DNA of 64,000 bases from Tubulanus polymorphus (taxonomy: Eukaryota; Animalia; Nemertea): positions 17,087,101 to 17,151,100 of the forward strand of contig NC_134025.1 in the NCBI RefSeq assembly GCF_964204645.1, written 5' to 3'. Numbering within the stretch: position 1 is the stretch's first letter; each line of letters opens with the position of its first letter. The notes below the pieces were generated by a model that was not told the DNA's origin, did not search any database, and worked only from the letters and a program-made list of their open reading frames with translations. Of this stretch, positions 23,521 through 35,800 are shown piece after piece. Both the position numbers and the translations under genes were made by a program.

Positions 23521-26500
23521 CTGATAATATCATCAGTTTTTTATGCATTTTGCTTGCTAAAAGTCACGAATTATGTCATCTTATATGTACGCAGCTTAGT
23601 AAAAGTCACAGATTATTCAAGATGAATGTTGGGAAAAACAACACCGAAAATTTGAAATTTTTGAAACGATTTAAGCTTTTCAAAATCAGAATATTGAAGT
23701 ATTTTATTAAATTTATTTAGGAGGGATATTTGCCTAGGGGAGATTTTTACCGGGTGGGGGGATATTTACTGGGGGATTTTTCCGAATATAAACAATTTTA
23801 ATGGCAAAAATAATCAAAAATAATGTTGACCTATACTTGAAAAAGCTGCATTTCTTCCAATTAAATTTTCATTAAATTATTGCCATGAAATAAAGGCAAT
23901 TTCGATTAATCTTAAAACTTCAAAACTTATCACATCATACAAACAGATTTAGCTCGATGGTTATCGGTTAGAGTTTTATCGCTCATATATTTCACATCCT
24001 CAAAGAGCATATTCAGAATCTTTAGATTTTGACTGCCCTGAAAACTATATAGCGTTTGCATACAGTTTTGCACTACTGTTTATGTCGCTATTTATAACAT
24101 GGAATCTGGCAAGAGAATCCAAACTGAAAAGAAGATGCTTATGGAGAATGGCATGATCGCGGGGGGCAGACTTGAAATAAATGCCATTGAGTAATTTAGA
24201 TAAATGTTCGAGAATCTAGCTTTTGGAGAAGGGCCACAGGTGCGTAAGGCACAAAAGGGGTATGGTCTTTGAAGAATGAGATGCGTTTAGGTGCTTTCTG
24301 AGCACTTTCTTAGTTGAAATTAGGAATGGTATATGCTCACGATTTCAGGCATGTTTTATGTAAAAAGGATAATAATTACAATAGATTCAAGGAGGCTAAG
24401 AATATCTAATGTATAAAATGAAGGTTAAAATCTATCTAAGCCCACGAACTGTTGAAGAATTTCAGAATGTAACGCTATGCAGAAATACGACAATAACGGT
24501 TTTACACTGGTATCCTTTAACAGCAGGCGATGAAAAAAATTGTCAGAAAAGTGGATGAGGGCCTGGCCCCACGTCTATGTATTGTTCTCTGAATCCAAGA
24601 ACATGTCTATCGCACATTTGAGCCTAAACGTCTACTTTTATTTAGTAGCCACTTAAGATTTGCGGTGATATGTGACAACATGAACACACTGAGAAACTAG
24701 TGGAAAATTCTATTCTCACGCTATAGTTTTGGGTATAGTTGTATTTTGAGTGACTCAGTTAAGCTCTGAAGATAGTTTAACCACTAAAAATCGAGATTGG
24801 AGTAAATTAGTTTACAAATTGCCATTGGTTATGGAGTTTAACGATGAATCGAAATTTCCTTCTTTTTATGGCGATATTAGTTTAATGAAGAATTCGATTT
24901 CAACAAATGCAGCTATTTTCAAGCATGTCTGCATTCATATTTTGATTTAATTTTTAAATTAGAAGCGTTATCATCAATTCAGGCTAACCTCTCATTATTG
25001 AAATGGTGGTTTATTTTCAACGGGGGTCTGGATGTCTTTGCATCATAAATTAAGATGTGCATTTTGGAGTGTTCGAACCTCCCTTGATTTTATATTAATT
25101 TCGCTGAATCGTTGATTTAAAAAAATAAAATATGCTGTATTTATGATGGATTTATGTGGATCTATCAATGCATTCTAAAGAAATCTTCCGAACTGAGGCC
25201 GAATTTAATAGAAATAAGTAATTTCGTATAGTATTCAAAATTTCATTTGGATAACGGTAACGGCCTTTGGTGATCTTCACCGTGGGGTCATGAATGAAGA
25301 AATACCGTAATAGAACTCTTAATATGATAACATGTGTTGAGATGAAACCGCAACGTTTTGACTGTTGACTAACAGCCATCATCAGGTGGAATGTAGACAT
25401 TCCAGTGATTTGAGCTTTAAGTCAGATGGCAGTCATTGAAAATCCGAACGTTGTTGTGGTTTAATTTTGATAATTAAATGTCATCGTATAAAATTTTATT
25501 GCGGAATTTCTTCATTTATCGGATTAGTGTTCTATTCGACTACATCGGGTCATGTAGTCGTTTAGATAGACAATTATTTACTTGTCGCCACGGAAGGTAT
25601 ATGCAACCGTGTCAGTCGCTACGGGAGAGATTCTCTGTATATCGGCATCTTAAATCGGCACCTTTGTTGGTCCTAGCCTGCATTCACTTCCAATTTAACG
25701 TATTGGTAACGTTATTCTTACTATGAATGCACTTCTGTCGTAGAATATGGTGCCACTGATATAAAAGTAGTTTTTATTTTACGATAATTTGAGAAAATGA
25801 GTTATATTCGAAAAAAACTGATAAAGTACCTTAAAATTCAGCGATTCATTGGCATTTTATTTCATTGGCATCTTCAAATAGAGTTTTGAGGTGCTAAGTT
25901 AAATACTATTAAAAGGTTATTATTTTTGGTGGTCAGTGCAGTTTGTTTATTCGTTCATCAATCACTGTCTAGTTAGCCAGTGTAATTCACCTGTTGACTG
26001 ATAGCTGCTGCTGGGCTTTTGATAACCTATACAAACAATTTACTCAACAAAGTAGGAAAGCATGTGAAACTGAAATTTCAGCCTTGCATTCTTTTACTTA
26101 GACCAGAAGAGGTATTTTTATCAAATTGGAATAACTGATTTCAAAACTACGTGAACATCTCAACTGAATTTATTTCAGTATTTATTCAATCAATAATGAT
26201 AATTGTTAGGCTTATTCTCACTAGCATACGCTCAGTAAGTAATGGGTATTAGATTATAATATAATGCACTATTATTTTGATCTTATATTAGAAGTTGTAA
26301 TATCATTTCAACCAAACTGTATAACTATGAAATGAAATTTCGGTTAAGGTATATCAATTCTAACAAGCGATAAAAGGGTTCAATATTCATAAACGAACAA
26401 GCCGAGAACAGCGTGACAATGAACATCACATGGATTACTTAAAAATTGATTGTATCGAAATAAACAATAATTGTAGCTTAATTGTAGGTTAATTCTAAGT

Positions 26501-27984
26501 ATTTTAGATACATTTTTTGGGAAAATTTGTTGTAGTCTTTCATCCAAGTAAAGAGATCTAAAGACATAATCCATTTCATGAACATATGATTTTATTTGTA
26601 TTTTCGTCTCTCATATATCCTTGAAGACAAATTCATTTCTACAGAATCAAAGATTTATGACAGTATGAATGCACCAGCATGTTTTATAATCGCAAATATA
26701 AAACAAAAATCATAAAATTCCAAATTAGATCTGGCACAATACTTGTTTTAACGGATTTAATCCATAATGATGTTATATAAATCAATAGTTTTCCTATTGG
26801 TTATTCCCATTTTGTTGAGCGTGATATAATTTAGGGGGTTCTTAGCAACTCAGAAACTAGGATTACTATTGACAGAACTGTATTCAAACATACAGAGTTC
26901 TGTATACAAAGCATATGGGGTTTAACAGTACCTTTGACCCTGTCACGTATCACTGCAAATCTTTAACAGATGTGGCTATTTTGACCAGGAAATTACTGTG
27001 CCATCTCAAAATGGTCATTTTTCACTAGTTGACTTTTAGAAACGATGTGTTTTGAGAGTAGCTATTGTGGTAGGAGTTACTATCACTAAGTCGCTGTTTA
27101 CAATCGGTTGGTTACAGTCACATCTACTGCCAGTGTGCACTATCAAAATGCTAGCACACTAGCACATCAGATGTTTTACAACAGTCACTTTTCAGCAGTA
27201 GACTCTTTCAAACAGCTTCTATGGAAAACCAACTGAATTGAAAGGTAGACTATTTCGGCGTCAGTTTATTTGTTGTTTGTGATTACATCCAGCAGTCAAA
27301 TGATTTCATTTCAATCGTTGCCTCAACTTACAATCGTCACGATTTTTTATATATTTTTCTGTCATATCTGAAACTCGGTTCCCCAGGGCGAATCCCTATT
27401 AAAGCCGTAAGACTACATCGAAGTACCGATGACGTAAGCCGAAAGCCGTTACCGCTCTCCGCAAAATACATTCGTTACCGTAATCCAACTGAATTTTAAT
27501 AGAATATATGTAACGAAATTATCAATGAATCGGTCAAATGAAACATTTTCTTTAGAATATGTAAAATGTGCATGGATTCCGCGTAAATTCAAATCAGCGA
27601 AATTAATATAATAATCAACGATTCAGTGATTCAGCGAAGTTCGAACACCCCCAAAACAATGCACATCTGACTTCAATTCTATATATTGTCATCCGATTCT
27701 AGAAACGTTTTCGTATCAATCATGGCAATTGCGCAATATAAGTCTGAGGCTCTCACTTAAACTTCTTTTAAACCGTTAATTTGGAATGTGTGCGATGTAC
27801 ATTCCTAACTGTTCAAGTCATTCCTCAATGATATGAGACGTTTGACTGAAACACTTTTGGATTCCTCGTTAGTCAAAACTACAAATCAACCGACTGATAT
27901 CGGACCAGCAATAACTCTAAAAACTGATCAAGTTAACTGACTGATCTTAATCTTGGATTAGTGAATACTGCAAATATAATGCAG

Positions 27985-28148
27985 TAAACCGACCTAGGTT
28001 ACAATATTGTAGCCTCGGTCAGTGTATGCAGATAAACCATGCAAGTCAACCGACCTAGGGTACAATATTGTAGCCTCGGTCAGTGATTGCAGATAAATCC
28101 GCGCAAGTCAACCGACCTAGGTTACAATATTGTAGCCTCGGTCAGTGT
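27985..28148. repeat. Three palindromic subterminal repeats of the 10-kb transposon
   Basis: AACCGACCTAGG.TACAATATTGTAGCCTCGGTCAGTG x3; two inverted copies at 18843-18945 and one near 38860-38900. Confidence 0.85.
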
Positions 28149-28301
28149 TCCACTGATGAATCATACATTTGCCTCAACCTAGTCTGCCAGGTTACTTATT
28201 GCTTTGTCTTTATCCTGGCCCAATCATAACCGTATTTCTTATTTCAACTTTACAACTGATTCCACGAATTTAATAATTCCATTTTCGAATAATAATGTGT
28301 T

Positions 28302-28367
28302 ATTTATATTATATCTGACGCGCAATTAAATATTGTAAATTCTCAATTAAATAGTGTTATGTATTAG
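28302..28367 (+). pseudogene. Displaced 3' tail of major capsid gene
   Basis: IYIISDAQLNIVNSQLNSVMY* matches the C-terminus of intact ORF 60032..61279. Confidence 0.85.
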
Positions 28368-28398
28368 AATTTTAATTTTAATAAAAAATTTATAATAA

Positions 28399-29079
28399 AT
28401 GGAAGGAGGTAAAGTATATAAACATACTCCATACATCGATACACATGAAAATAATGATGGCTTATATTATGTAATACCTTGTAATATAGCTTTGATATTT
28501 GATCCTATTTTCAAAAATTATAAAACTAAACTAATAGAAATCGATAATAATAAAAGTGAAGTTGCTGATAATTTAAGTAATGAAATTGATAATAATGATT
28601 TACCTTCTACATCAAATAATGTTTTACCTTCTACATCAAATAATGAAATAATATTAAATATAAGTGAAAATAGAAATTATTGTGGTGACTGTAAAGGTGA
28701 ATTTTCAAACAGTCAATCAAATTGGAATAATCATATGAATACAGCTTCACATATTACTAATGTAATAGAACGTGTTGGTATAAGAGAATTTATAGAACAC
28801 CCATTTAGATATATAACAAAGTTTGTTTCAAATAAAAAAGTAAATGGTAAAGATTTATATAAAGATTCATTAGGTGAATTTTTATCTAAGGAACCTAGTA
28901 ATGATAAATTAGATTTATCTGCTGCTAAAAAAATATTAGGATCAAACATTGTAAATGAAATGTTGGAGTCAAACACTAAGAAAGATGACAATGAAAATAT
29001 AGTTACTGGAAAGCATATTCATAATGAAGATTATAGAGATGCAGATTGGACGAAACGTAAAGAAGTAAAAAAAAATTAA
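28399..29079 (+). CDS. Polinton cargo protein with C2H2-like Zn finger
   Basis: CGDC..F.....WNNHMNTASH; TAAATG start; probable A-run frameshift at the end. Confidence 0.55.
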   Translation: MEGGKVYKHTPYIDTHENNDGLYYVIPCNIALIFDPIFKNYKTKLIEIDNNKSEVADNLSNEIDNNDLPSTSNNVLPSTSNNEIILNISENRNYCGDCKGEFSNSQSNWNNHMNTASHITNVIERVGIREFIEHPFRYITKFVSNKKVNGKDLYKDSLGEFLSKEPSNDKLDLSAAKKILGSNIVNEMLESNTKKDDNENIVTGKHIHNEDYRDADWTKRKEVKKN

Positions 29080-29274
29080 TGATGCGGTAGATAGGATGAA
29101 AAAGGATTATAATGAAGAATTTAATGATGATTCGGTAGAGAGTTTGAATAAATTGTTAGGGTCTGATGGTGAAAGTGATTCAGATAGTAATGATAATTAT
29201 CTAATACGCACATAATTATTAGTTGAAAATTGTATAAAATAATAGTTAATAAAAAAAGGGGTTTTAAGTATTTA

Positions 29275-29602
29275 TGTATCTAATACGTATCTAATACGTA
29301 TCTAATACGTATCTAATACATATCTAATACGTATCTAATACGTATCTAATACATATTATTTGAAAATACTTTAAATTATAATTTTTTTAAACATTCATAT
29401 TGAAACCTCAGTAATAATAAATAACCTTTATTATTTTCAAACTTACTCATATATTAGTTGAAAAAAATGAAAATAAATTGGTTGAAAATTGTATGAATAA
29501 TATTTATTTAAAAAAGGGGGTTTTAAGTATTAAGGTATCTAATAAGTATCTAATACGTATCTAATACGTATCTAATACATACCTAATACATACCTAATAC
29601 AT
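29275..29602. repeat. 11-bp minisatellite (GTATCTAATAC)n in two blocks
   Basis: Tandem arrays at 29275-29352 and 29535-29602 with duplicated flanks. Confidence 0.85.
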
Positions 29603-29618
29603 AAATACTTAAAATATC

Positions 29619-30230
29619 TTACTTTTTAAATTTATATTCATAGGGAAATTGAAGCCTCAGTAATAATTTTGAACCTTTACTATTCTTTAATTTATTCATA
29701 CATTCATCATGTAACTCAGTGGGTATAATTTGATTTTCTTCCAATGATTGTTGCATAAATTTTCTATCTTTATTGTAGAATAAAACTAGAAATCTTATAT
29801 TCTCCCTAAAATCTTTAACAATTGAATTATATTTTTGATTTAAAACCCATGTTGTTATCCCAAAATCTCTCCCAGAGAAAGCTAGATAATATAACTCACT
29901 TTCTCTCACTTTTGAATCATGTTAATTTGCGCAATCATCTATAATGAATAATGTATTTGATCCTTTATAAATATCAATTGCTATTTTTATACAATTATCT
30001 AAATTTTCTTTTACTGTTTTAGGATCTAATATAATAAACTTTTTTATCTTAACTATATCTCTATTATATGTTTTATTCATTTCATAAGTGGGGCAGAATA
30101 ATATTATATTATCAAAATGATTCTTATAAATAGTTTCTAACAAGTCTGATATGAAATGTGTTTTACCACATTTGGTTACCCCAGTAACTAAAATATTATG
30201 CGGTTCAAATATAAATAAATCTTTATTCAT
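29619..30230 (-). pseudogene. Packaging ATPase, frameshifted
   Basis: GVTKCGKT, LFIIDD; near-identical to 16996..17607; break near 29920. Confidence 0.9.
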
Positions 30231-31311
30231 TTATTCTTTTAATTTTACCAGATAAAATCCATTCATTAAATTTATCATCATACCCTTTATATTTCACCAA
30301 AGAATACTTTTTTCCTTTAAGAGTTTTTGTTTTCAATACTTTTTCTATTTTGTATTCTATTTCATCTGGGTTTGGTACAAGTGATAATTCTTGTTCATAG
30401 AAATAACCTAATATTTCTTCATCTTTTAAATCTTCTAATTTATAAACAAATGGTTTATTTAATATTATCTTTTTAATTTTGAGTATTTCTTCTGTAAAAT
30501 TTGGAGTATAACCTTTATAAAATGTTTTTCTATATTTAGATATTCTAACGTGTTGTCCTATTTTAAATTTAGGTTATCCGAAATCATGTGTAACAAACGC
30601 TCCATATAAATTATTCCAAACTATTTCTGAATTATCTTCTTTTCTAGCTTGTAGAAGGTTTCATATTTATAGAACTATGTTTAGAATTATTATAACCTTT
30701 CACTAAATCATCTAATATATCGATATATTTATATGTTTCATTAGCAGTAAAATATTTCCACATTCTAGATTTCAATGTTTTATTAAATCTTTCTATAATA
30801 GATGCTTTTTTATCTGAGTGTGTTGAAAAATAATCTACATCGTTATCAGATAATAGTTTTTTAAAATGTTATAAAATTCCTTACCTTCATCAAATTGTAT
30901 CTTATCTGGAATAGCTTCTTTAAATATTGATTTAAAAGCATTTGTTACTTCTATTCCAGTTTTATTTTTGATTGGAATTGACCATGCGTATCTACTGAAT
31001 ATGTCTATAACATACAGTATCCAGAAATATCCTTTGTTGTATTCTTTTAAGTTCTTCATGTCAATTAAATGAGCTTGCCATTGTTGATCAATATATGAAA
31101 CCATAACTTTTCTTGTTAAATAAGTTTTATCTATTTTCTTGTGGATTTGATATGTTGGTTGATTTTGTAACCATGATTTTAATTCACTATATTTTATATC
31201 ACCATTTTCTTTATCAGATTTAATTTTATCCCATAATTCTGTAACGCTAGAATATGATACTTCACTCTCTGGGTTGTAATATAACTCTCTTAAATATTGT
31301 TCTTTTTTCAT
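30231..31311 (-). pseudogene. int: rve integrase-chromodomain, frameshifted
   Basis: Near-identical to 15883..16995 on the opposite strand. Confidence 0.9.
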
Positions 31312-31317
31312 CTTATT

Positions 31318-31688
31318 TTAATCCATTAATAATAATTTAGATTTAGTTTCAATGATTTTATCATTTGACTTATTTTCTGGTATAATAGGTTTATAATCAT
31401 TGGAATCATCTTTATCATCAGATTTGAATTTTGATTTATATATTACACCAGAGAATATAATAATTGTGATTAACCCAATTGTAATATATAAGTAATTATT
31501 TCTTCCACTATTAGAAGAATTAGATGGATTATTATTTGAATCAATATCAGATAAAGTCTGTGACTCATTTATATCAGTTAATTTCTTTTTCTTAGCTTTT
31601 TTTAATTCTGCAAATCTTTTACCTAATTCTCTGCCCATTTAATTTGTTTCTCCGATCTAGGCTTCTTCTTAACACCATCACTCATTTA
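31318..31688 (-). pseudogene. Small basic TM protein homolog
   Basis: Paralog of 15508..15876, disrupted 5' end. Confidence 0.75.
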
Positions 31689-32286
31689 TTTTAGTTAATT
31701 TTTGTTCTGATTCATTTTCTGTTTCACCGTTTGGGTGTCGTACGGCGCCATCTGTTTCGTTCTTACCTGATTTATATTCTATAGGCTTGATATTCGAAAA
31801 TGTTATGACACCAGTAGAAATTAATGTCATAACCGATCCTAATTGGAATGAAGCATAACCAACCCATTTTTGTAATTCAGCCATAACTAAGTAGTCATTT
31901 TTTAAATCAGTATATAATTCATTTTCATCATCAATTGATATTAACCGGTTACATAATTTTGAATAACATTTGACAATACCATCTGAAATAGAATCATTTA
32001 TTTTAGCTAATCTTGACTCTTCATAAATCTTAAAATATCTTATTACTTTATCTGGTTTCATAGAGTCTAATTCTTGAAAAGTAATGATCTTAGTCAAAAA
32101 TTGTTTACACTTTCCGCTAGCAATTAGTAATTCAAGATGGTGCTTACAATATAAGTAGTATTCATAATCAATATTACAATTAATATTATTTTCAATTTTG
32201 GTCGGAATATCCTTATTATCACTAATGCCCAAATCATCTAATGTTTTTTCAATATCAATACTATTCTTATTAGATTTCTTTGACAT
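31678..32286 (-). CDS. Conserved Polinton hypothetical protein (202 aa)
   Basis: Intact; YEYYLYCKH.LE.LIASGKCK; homolog at 57259..57864. Confidence 0.8.
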   Translation of the reverse strand: MSKKSNKNSIDIEKTLDDLGISDNKDIPTKIENNINCNIDYEYYLYCKHHLELLIASGKCKQFLTKIITFQELDSMKPDKVIRYFKIYEESRLAKINDSISDGIVKCYSKLCNRLISIDDENELYTDLKNDYLVMAELQKWVGYASFQLGSVMTLISTGVITFSNIKPIEYKSGKNETDGAVRHPNGETENESEQKLTKINE

Positions 32287-32556
32287 TTATATTAGAGAAA
32301 AAAGCGAAAAAAAATATTATAAGTATTCTTCAAATGATACTAGAAAGTTAAAGTTAAAGAATTCTAGTATTGACTACTGATACTAGCTATTTGAATTTAA
32401 AGAGTTTCTATTTGAATCTTATCAAAATCTATTTAATCTAGTGTTAACAAGAATTGCAAAAGAAAATATTAAAAATTAAAATAGAAATAATTGTTAGTTG
32501 AAGGTATGCAATTTTTATTATATTTTATTTGAGATATATTAATCTTTAACCACTTA

Positions 32557-33208
32557 TTAAAGACTCAACGTATTGTTCATTATTTGGATCATTATTCCAT
32601 TGATCAATAAATTTCTTTGCCTTTGTTAACTGGTCTAAATATAACTGTAAATCTAGTTTGTCATGTTTAATCTTATTTTCTTTCTTTTCAAGAGGTCTTA
32701 GATTCTTCCAATTCTTAATTAGTTAGTTCTTAATCATATTCATCCTTCATGTTAAATTTAGATAAAGGCAGCACATGATCTAAATGAAAATAATTGCCAT
32801 AATTATTTATATTCATTTTATCATCGAATTGAAATATTATCCATGATTTGAGAAATTCATCCGAACAATCTAGTAAATTAGATAGCGTTTCCGAGTGACT
32901 ATCTTTGCTAAATAATTTTGATATTTTAGATCTTAAACATTTTTTCAATTTGTAATTAAAATCTGTATGATATCTTTCTTTCTCATAATTATTTTGATAC
33001 GCTTTATAATATTATCTATTATTATCCCTCCATTCTCTCATATATTCTGTTATATAATCTGGGTGGATTTTCTCTCCATTGTTTATTATAAGCTTTCCAC
33101 TTTTCACTATTATCTATATAATAATCTGGATTATTTTTATGAAATTTTTTACAATTTTGTTTATTACAAGTTTTGCAATTATAACTTTTACCATCTTTAG
33201 AATTTTTA
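32557..33208 (-). pseudogene. HNH endonuclease, second copy, decayed and 5'-truncated
   Basis: HSETLSNLL.CSDEF..SWII.QFDDKM, HLDHVLP, KNLRPL; homolog of 11657..12310. Confidence 0.85.
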
Positions 33209-34119
33209 TCATTCTTCAAAGACCACACCCCCCCCCCTTTTGTGCCTTACGCACCAGTGGCCCTTCTCCAAAAGCTAGATTCTCGAGCATTTATCTAAAT
33301 TACTCAATGGCATTTATTTCAAGTCTGCCCCCCCCCCCGCGATCATGCCATTCTACAAAAGCATCATCTTTTCAGTTTGGATTCGCTTGCTAGATTCCCT
33401 GTTATAAATAGCGACATGTGCTTCAGATTTGCAGTGATACGTGACAATATAAACGGCGTATAAACAGTAGTGCAAAACTGTATGCAAACGCTATATAGTT
33501 TTCAGGGCAGTTAAAATCTAAACATTCTGAATATGCTCTTTGAGGATGTGAAATATATGAGCGATAAAACTCTAACCGATAACCATCGAGCTAAATCTGT
33601 TTGTATAATGTGATAAGTTTGAAGTTTTAAGATTAATCGAAATTGCCTTTATTTCATAGCAATAATTTAATGAAAATTCAATTGGAAGAAATGCAGCTTT
33701 GTCAAGTATAGGTCAACATTTTTTTTTATTATTTTATGTCATCGCCTGCTGTTAAAGATTCAATTGGAAGAAATGCAGCTTTGTCAAGTATAGGTCAACA
33801 TTATTTTTGATTATTTTTGTCATTAAAATGGTTTATGTTCGGAAAAATCCCCCAGTAAATACCCCCCCCCCCGGTAAAAATCTCCTCTAGGCAAATGTGT
33901 CCCCCTTGCTAACAGCAAAATTTAATAAAATACTTCAATATTCTGATTTTTAAAAGCTTATATCGTTTCAAAAATTTCAAATTTTCCGTGTTGTTTTTCC
34001 CAATATTCATCTTGAATAATCTGATAATAATCTGACTTTTACTAAGCTGCGTACATATAAGATGACATGATTCGTGACTTTTAGCAAGCAACATGCATAA
34101 AAATGATGATATTATCAGA

Positions 34120-35800
34120 CGTAAGATAAAAACCCACTATTTAAAAATCAAAAGAAAATCTAAAATCGAGAATTATTTATTGAAACAATCTGAAATGTAA
34201 GAACACGACGTTTCGATCTCACACTAGAGATCATCGTCAGGTGTGAGATATTGACTAAAAACAGGGGTATTTATAAAGAGAAGGAACAGGTTAATTGAGT
34301 AAATTGGTGAGAGTAACTAATTAGTGGTTGGCAAGACATGGAGTAATGGAATTGTTGGGAGAAAAGCCATTATTTAAATTGGTACTAATATCTGAGTGAC
34401 GAGTAATTAGGGCAGACTCAACTATGTGGCGTTTAGTGTAATTGCTGGAAGTATAAATAATTTCGGCTTTCAAAATTAAAACGATGATCAGTGTTCCAAA
34501 CGTGATTGGCTACGCCACTAGCCGGTTTTTGATATATTATATCCTTTTGTGTTCCGAAATTCGAGTTTTTAAATCACGACCAGTTTCTCCAAAGTACATT
34601 TTATCACAGCCAAAACATGGAATTTCGTAAACTCCGCAGTCCAAAGGTTTAGATTGATTGTTTTTTACCAAGGTCTTGCTAATTTTGTTTTCACACGTGA
34701 AAATGATTTGTTTATCCATTAAAGGGAGAGAGTGACGAAACTTTTCCAAAACAGGTACATACGGAACTACAATGAATTCTGAAATGTGTTTTTTATTTTC
34801 TGGAGGTTTAGACTTAAAGAAAGTGCTGAGATAAAATCCCACTATTTACAGATTAAAAGAATTTAAAAACCGGAATTTATTTATTCAAACTAAGATATAT
34901 AAAAGACACTATCTTATTATCCGTTCACCACGTTTGAGTGTGGTTATCGTTCTATTAAAAATTTCCATAAATGTGATCGGGGTAAGCCAATTTTTTAAGA
35001 GAGTTGGATATGTGGTCAAATTCAGCCGAAAGGGAGGTTTCATCGCAGATCCGCAGTGCACGGAGAAAGAGGCCTTGAACGAGGCCAATTTTGATTGATT
35101 TAGCAGTAAACGAAAAGAAATGGAGATATGCCTCAGCGTTGATCGGTTTACGGTAGACTGAAAAAAAACAAATGAGAGTATTTATTGTGGATTAGAACAT
35201 CTAAAAACGGAATTTAGTCATTTTGTTCCCATTCAAATGTGAATTTCAAAGATGGATATTGAGAGTTGATGAAGTCAATAAAAGAGTGTGAGAACACGAC
35301 GAAAAATCATCAGAAACTAAGCACAGAATGTAATCAACACATCTAATCCAAGTTAGGTTTAGAGCCAGCGTAATTGGGGAGAATTTCGGATTCTAAATGT
35401 TCAAGAAAAGATTAGCCAAAATGGGGGATTATGGGTTACCCATAGCGAAACCGAAAATTTGTTCATAGAATTTGTCTTGGAAGTATAGATTGGTTGTACA
35501 GAGCTCCAAAAGTTCAAGTAAGCAATCTACAGGAATCGGGAGAGCAAGATTGGAGTCCGGGAGTTTTCTTCTTAATAAATTGAGAGTTGGTTCCAATGGT
35601 ATGTTTGTAAACAAGGATATAGCGTCGAAAGATATAACTTTTTGGCCATCAGGTTTGAGATTTTTGAGTTTGTCTAAAAGATCCAAATTGTGCCGAATGT
35701 GAGAATCAGAAAAAGTACCCAGAGCCGGGGAGTACTTTAGCCAGATATTTGGACGTAGTTTTTATTCTGAAGATATCTTGTTTAAAAGTAATAGTTAAAT
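34120..35800 (-). mobile_element. Penelope-like retroelement, duplicate copy
   Basis: Same RT and GIY-YIG motifs; extra about 150-bp insert near 34825-34975 resembling a Penelope 3' end. Confidence 0.9.
34203..34244 (-). ncRNA. Minimal hammerhead ribozyme, second copy
   Basis: Minus strand ACACCTGACGATGATCTCTAGTGTGAGATCGAAACGTCGTGT with perfect stem II. Confidence 0.78.

Larger units (their letters stand above)
18337..28301. mobile_element. About 10-kb TIR DNA transposon, apparently non-autonomous
   Basis: 36-bp perfect TIR AACACATTATTATTCGAAAATGGAATTATTAAATTC (about 80 bp imperfect); palindromic subterminal repeats; ATTT TSD shared with the end at 39047. Confidence 0.8.

Noticed and set aside
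18964-27900. Short ORFs inside the 10-kb transposon as a transposase or host exons
   Set aside because: No DDE or other recognisable motif, and frames are not conserved between the two copies
27985-28148. CRISPR-like array of palindromic repeats with short spacers
   Set aside because: Only 2-3 units, spacers resemble each other, mirrored at the other transposon end, no cas genes, eukaryotic context
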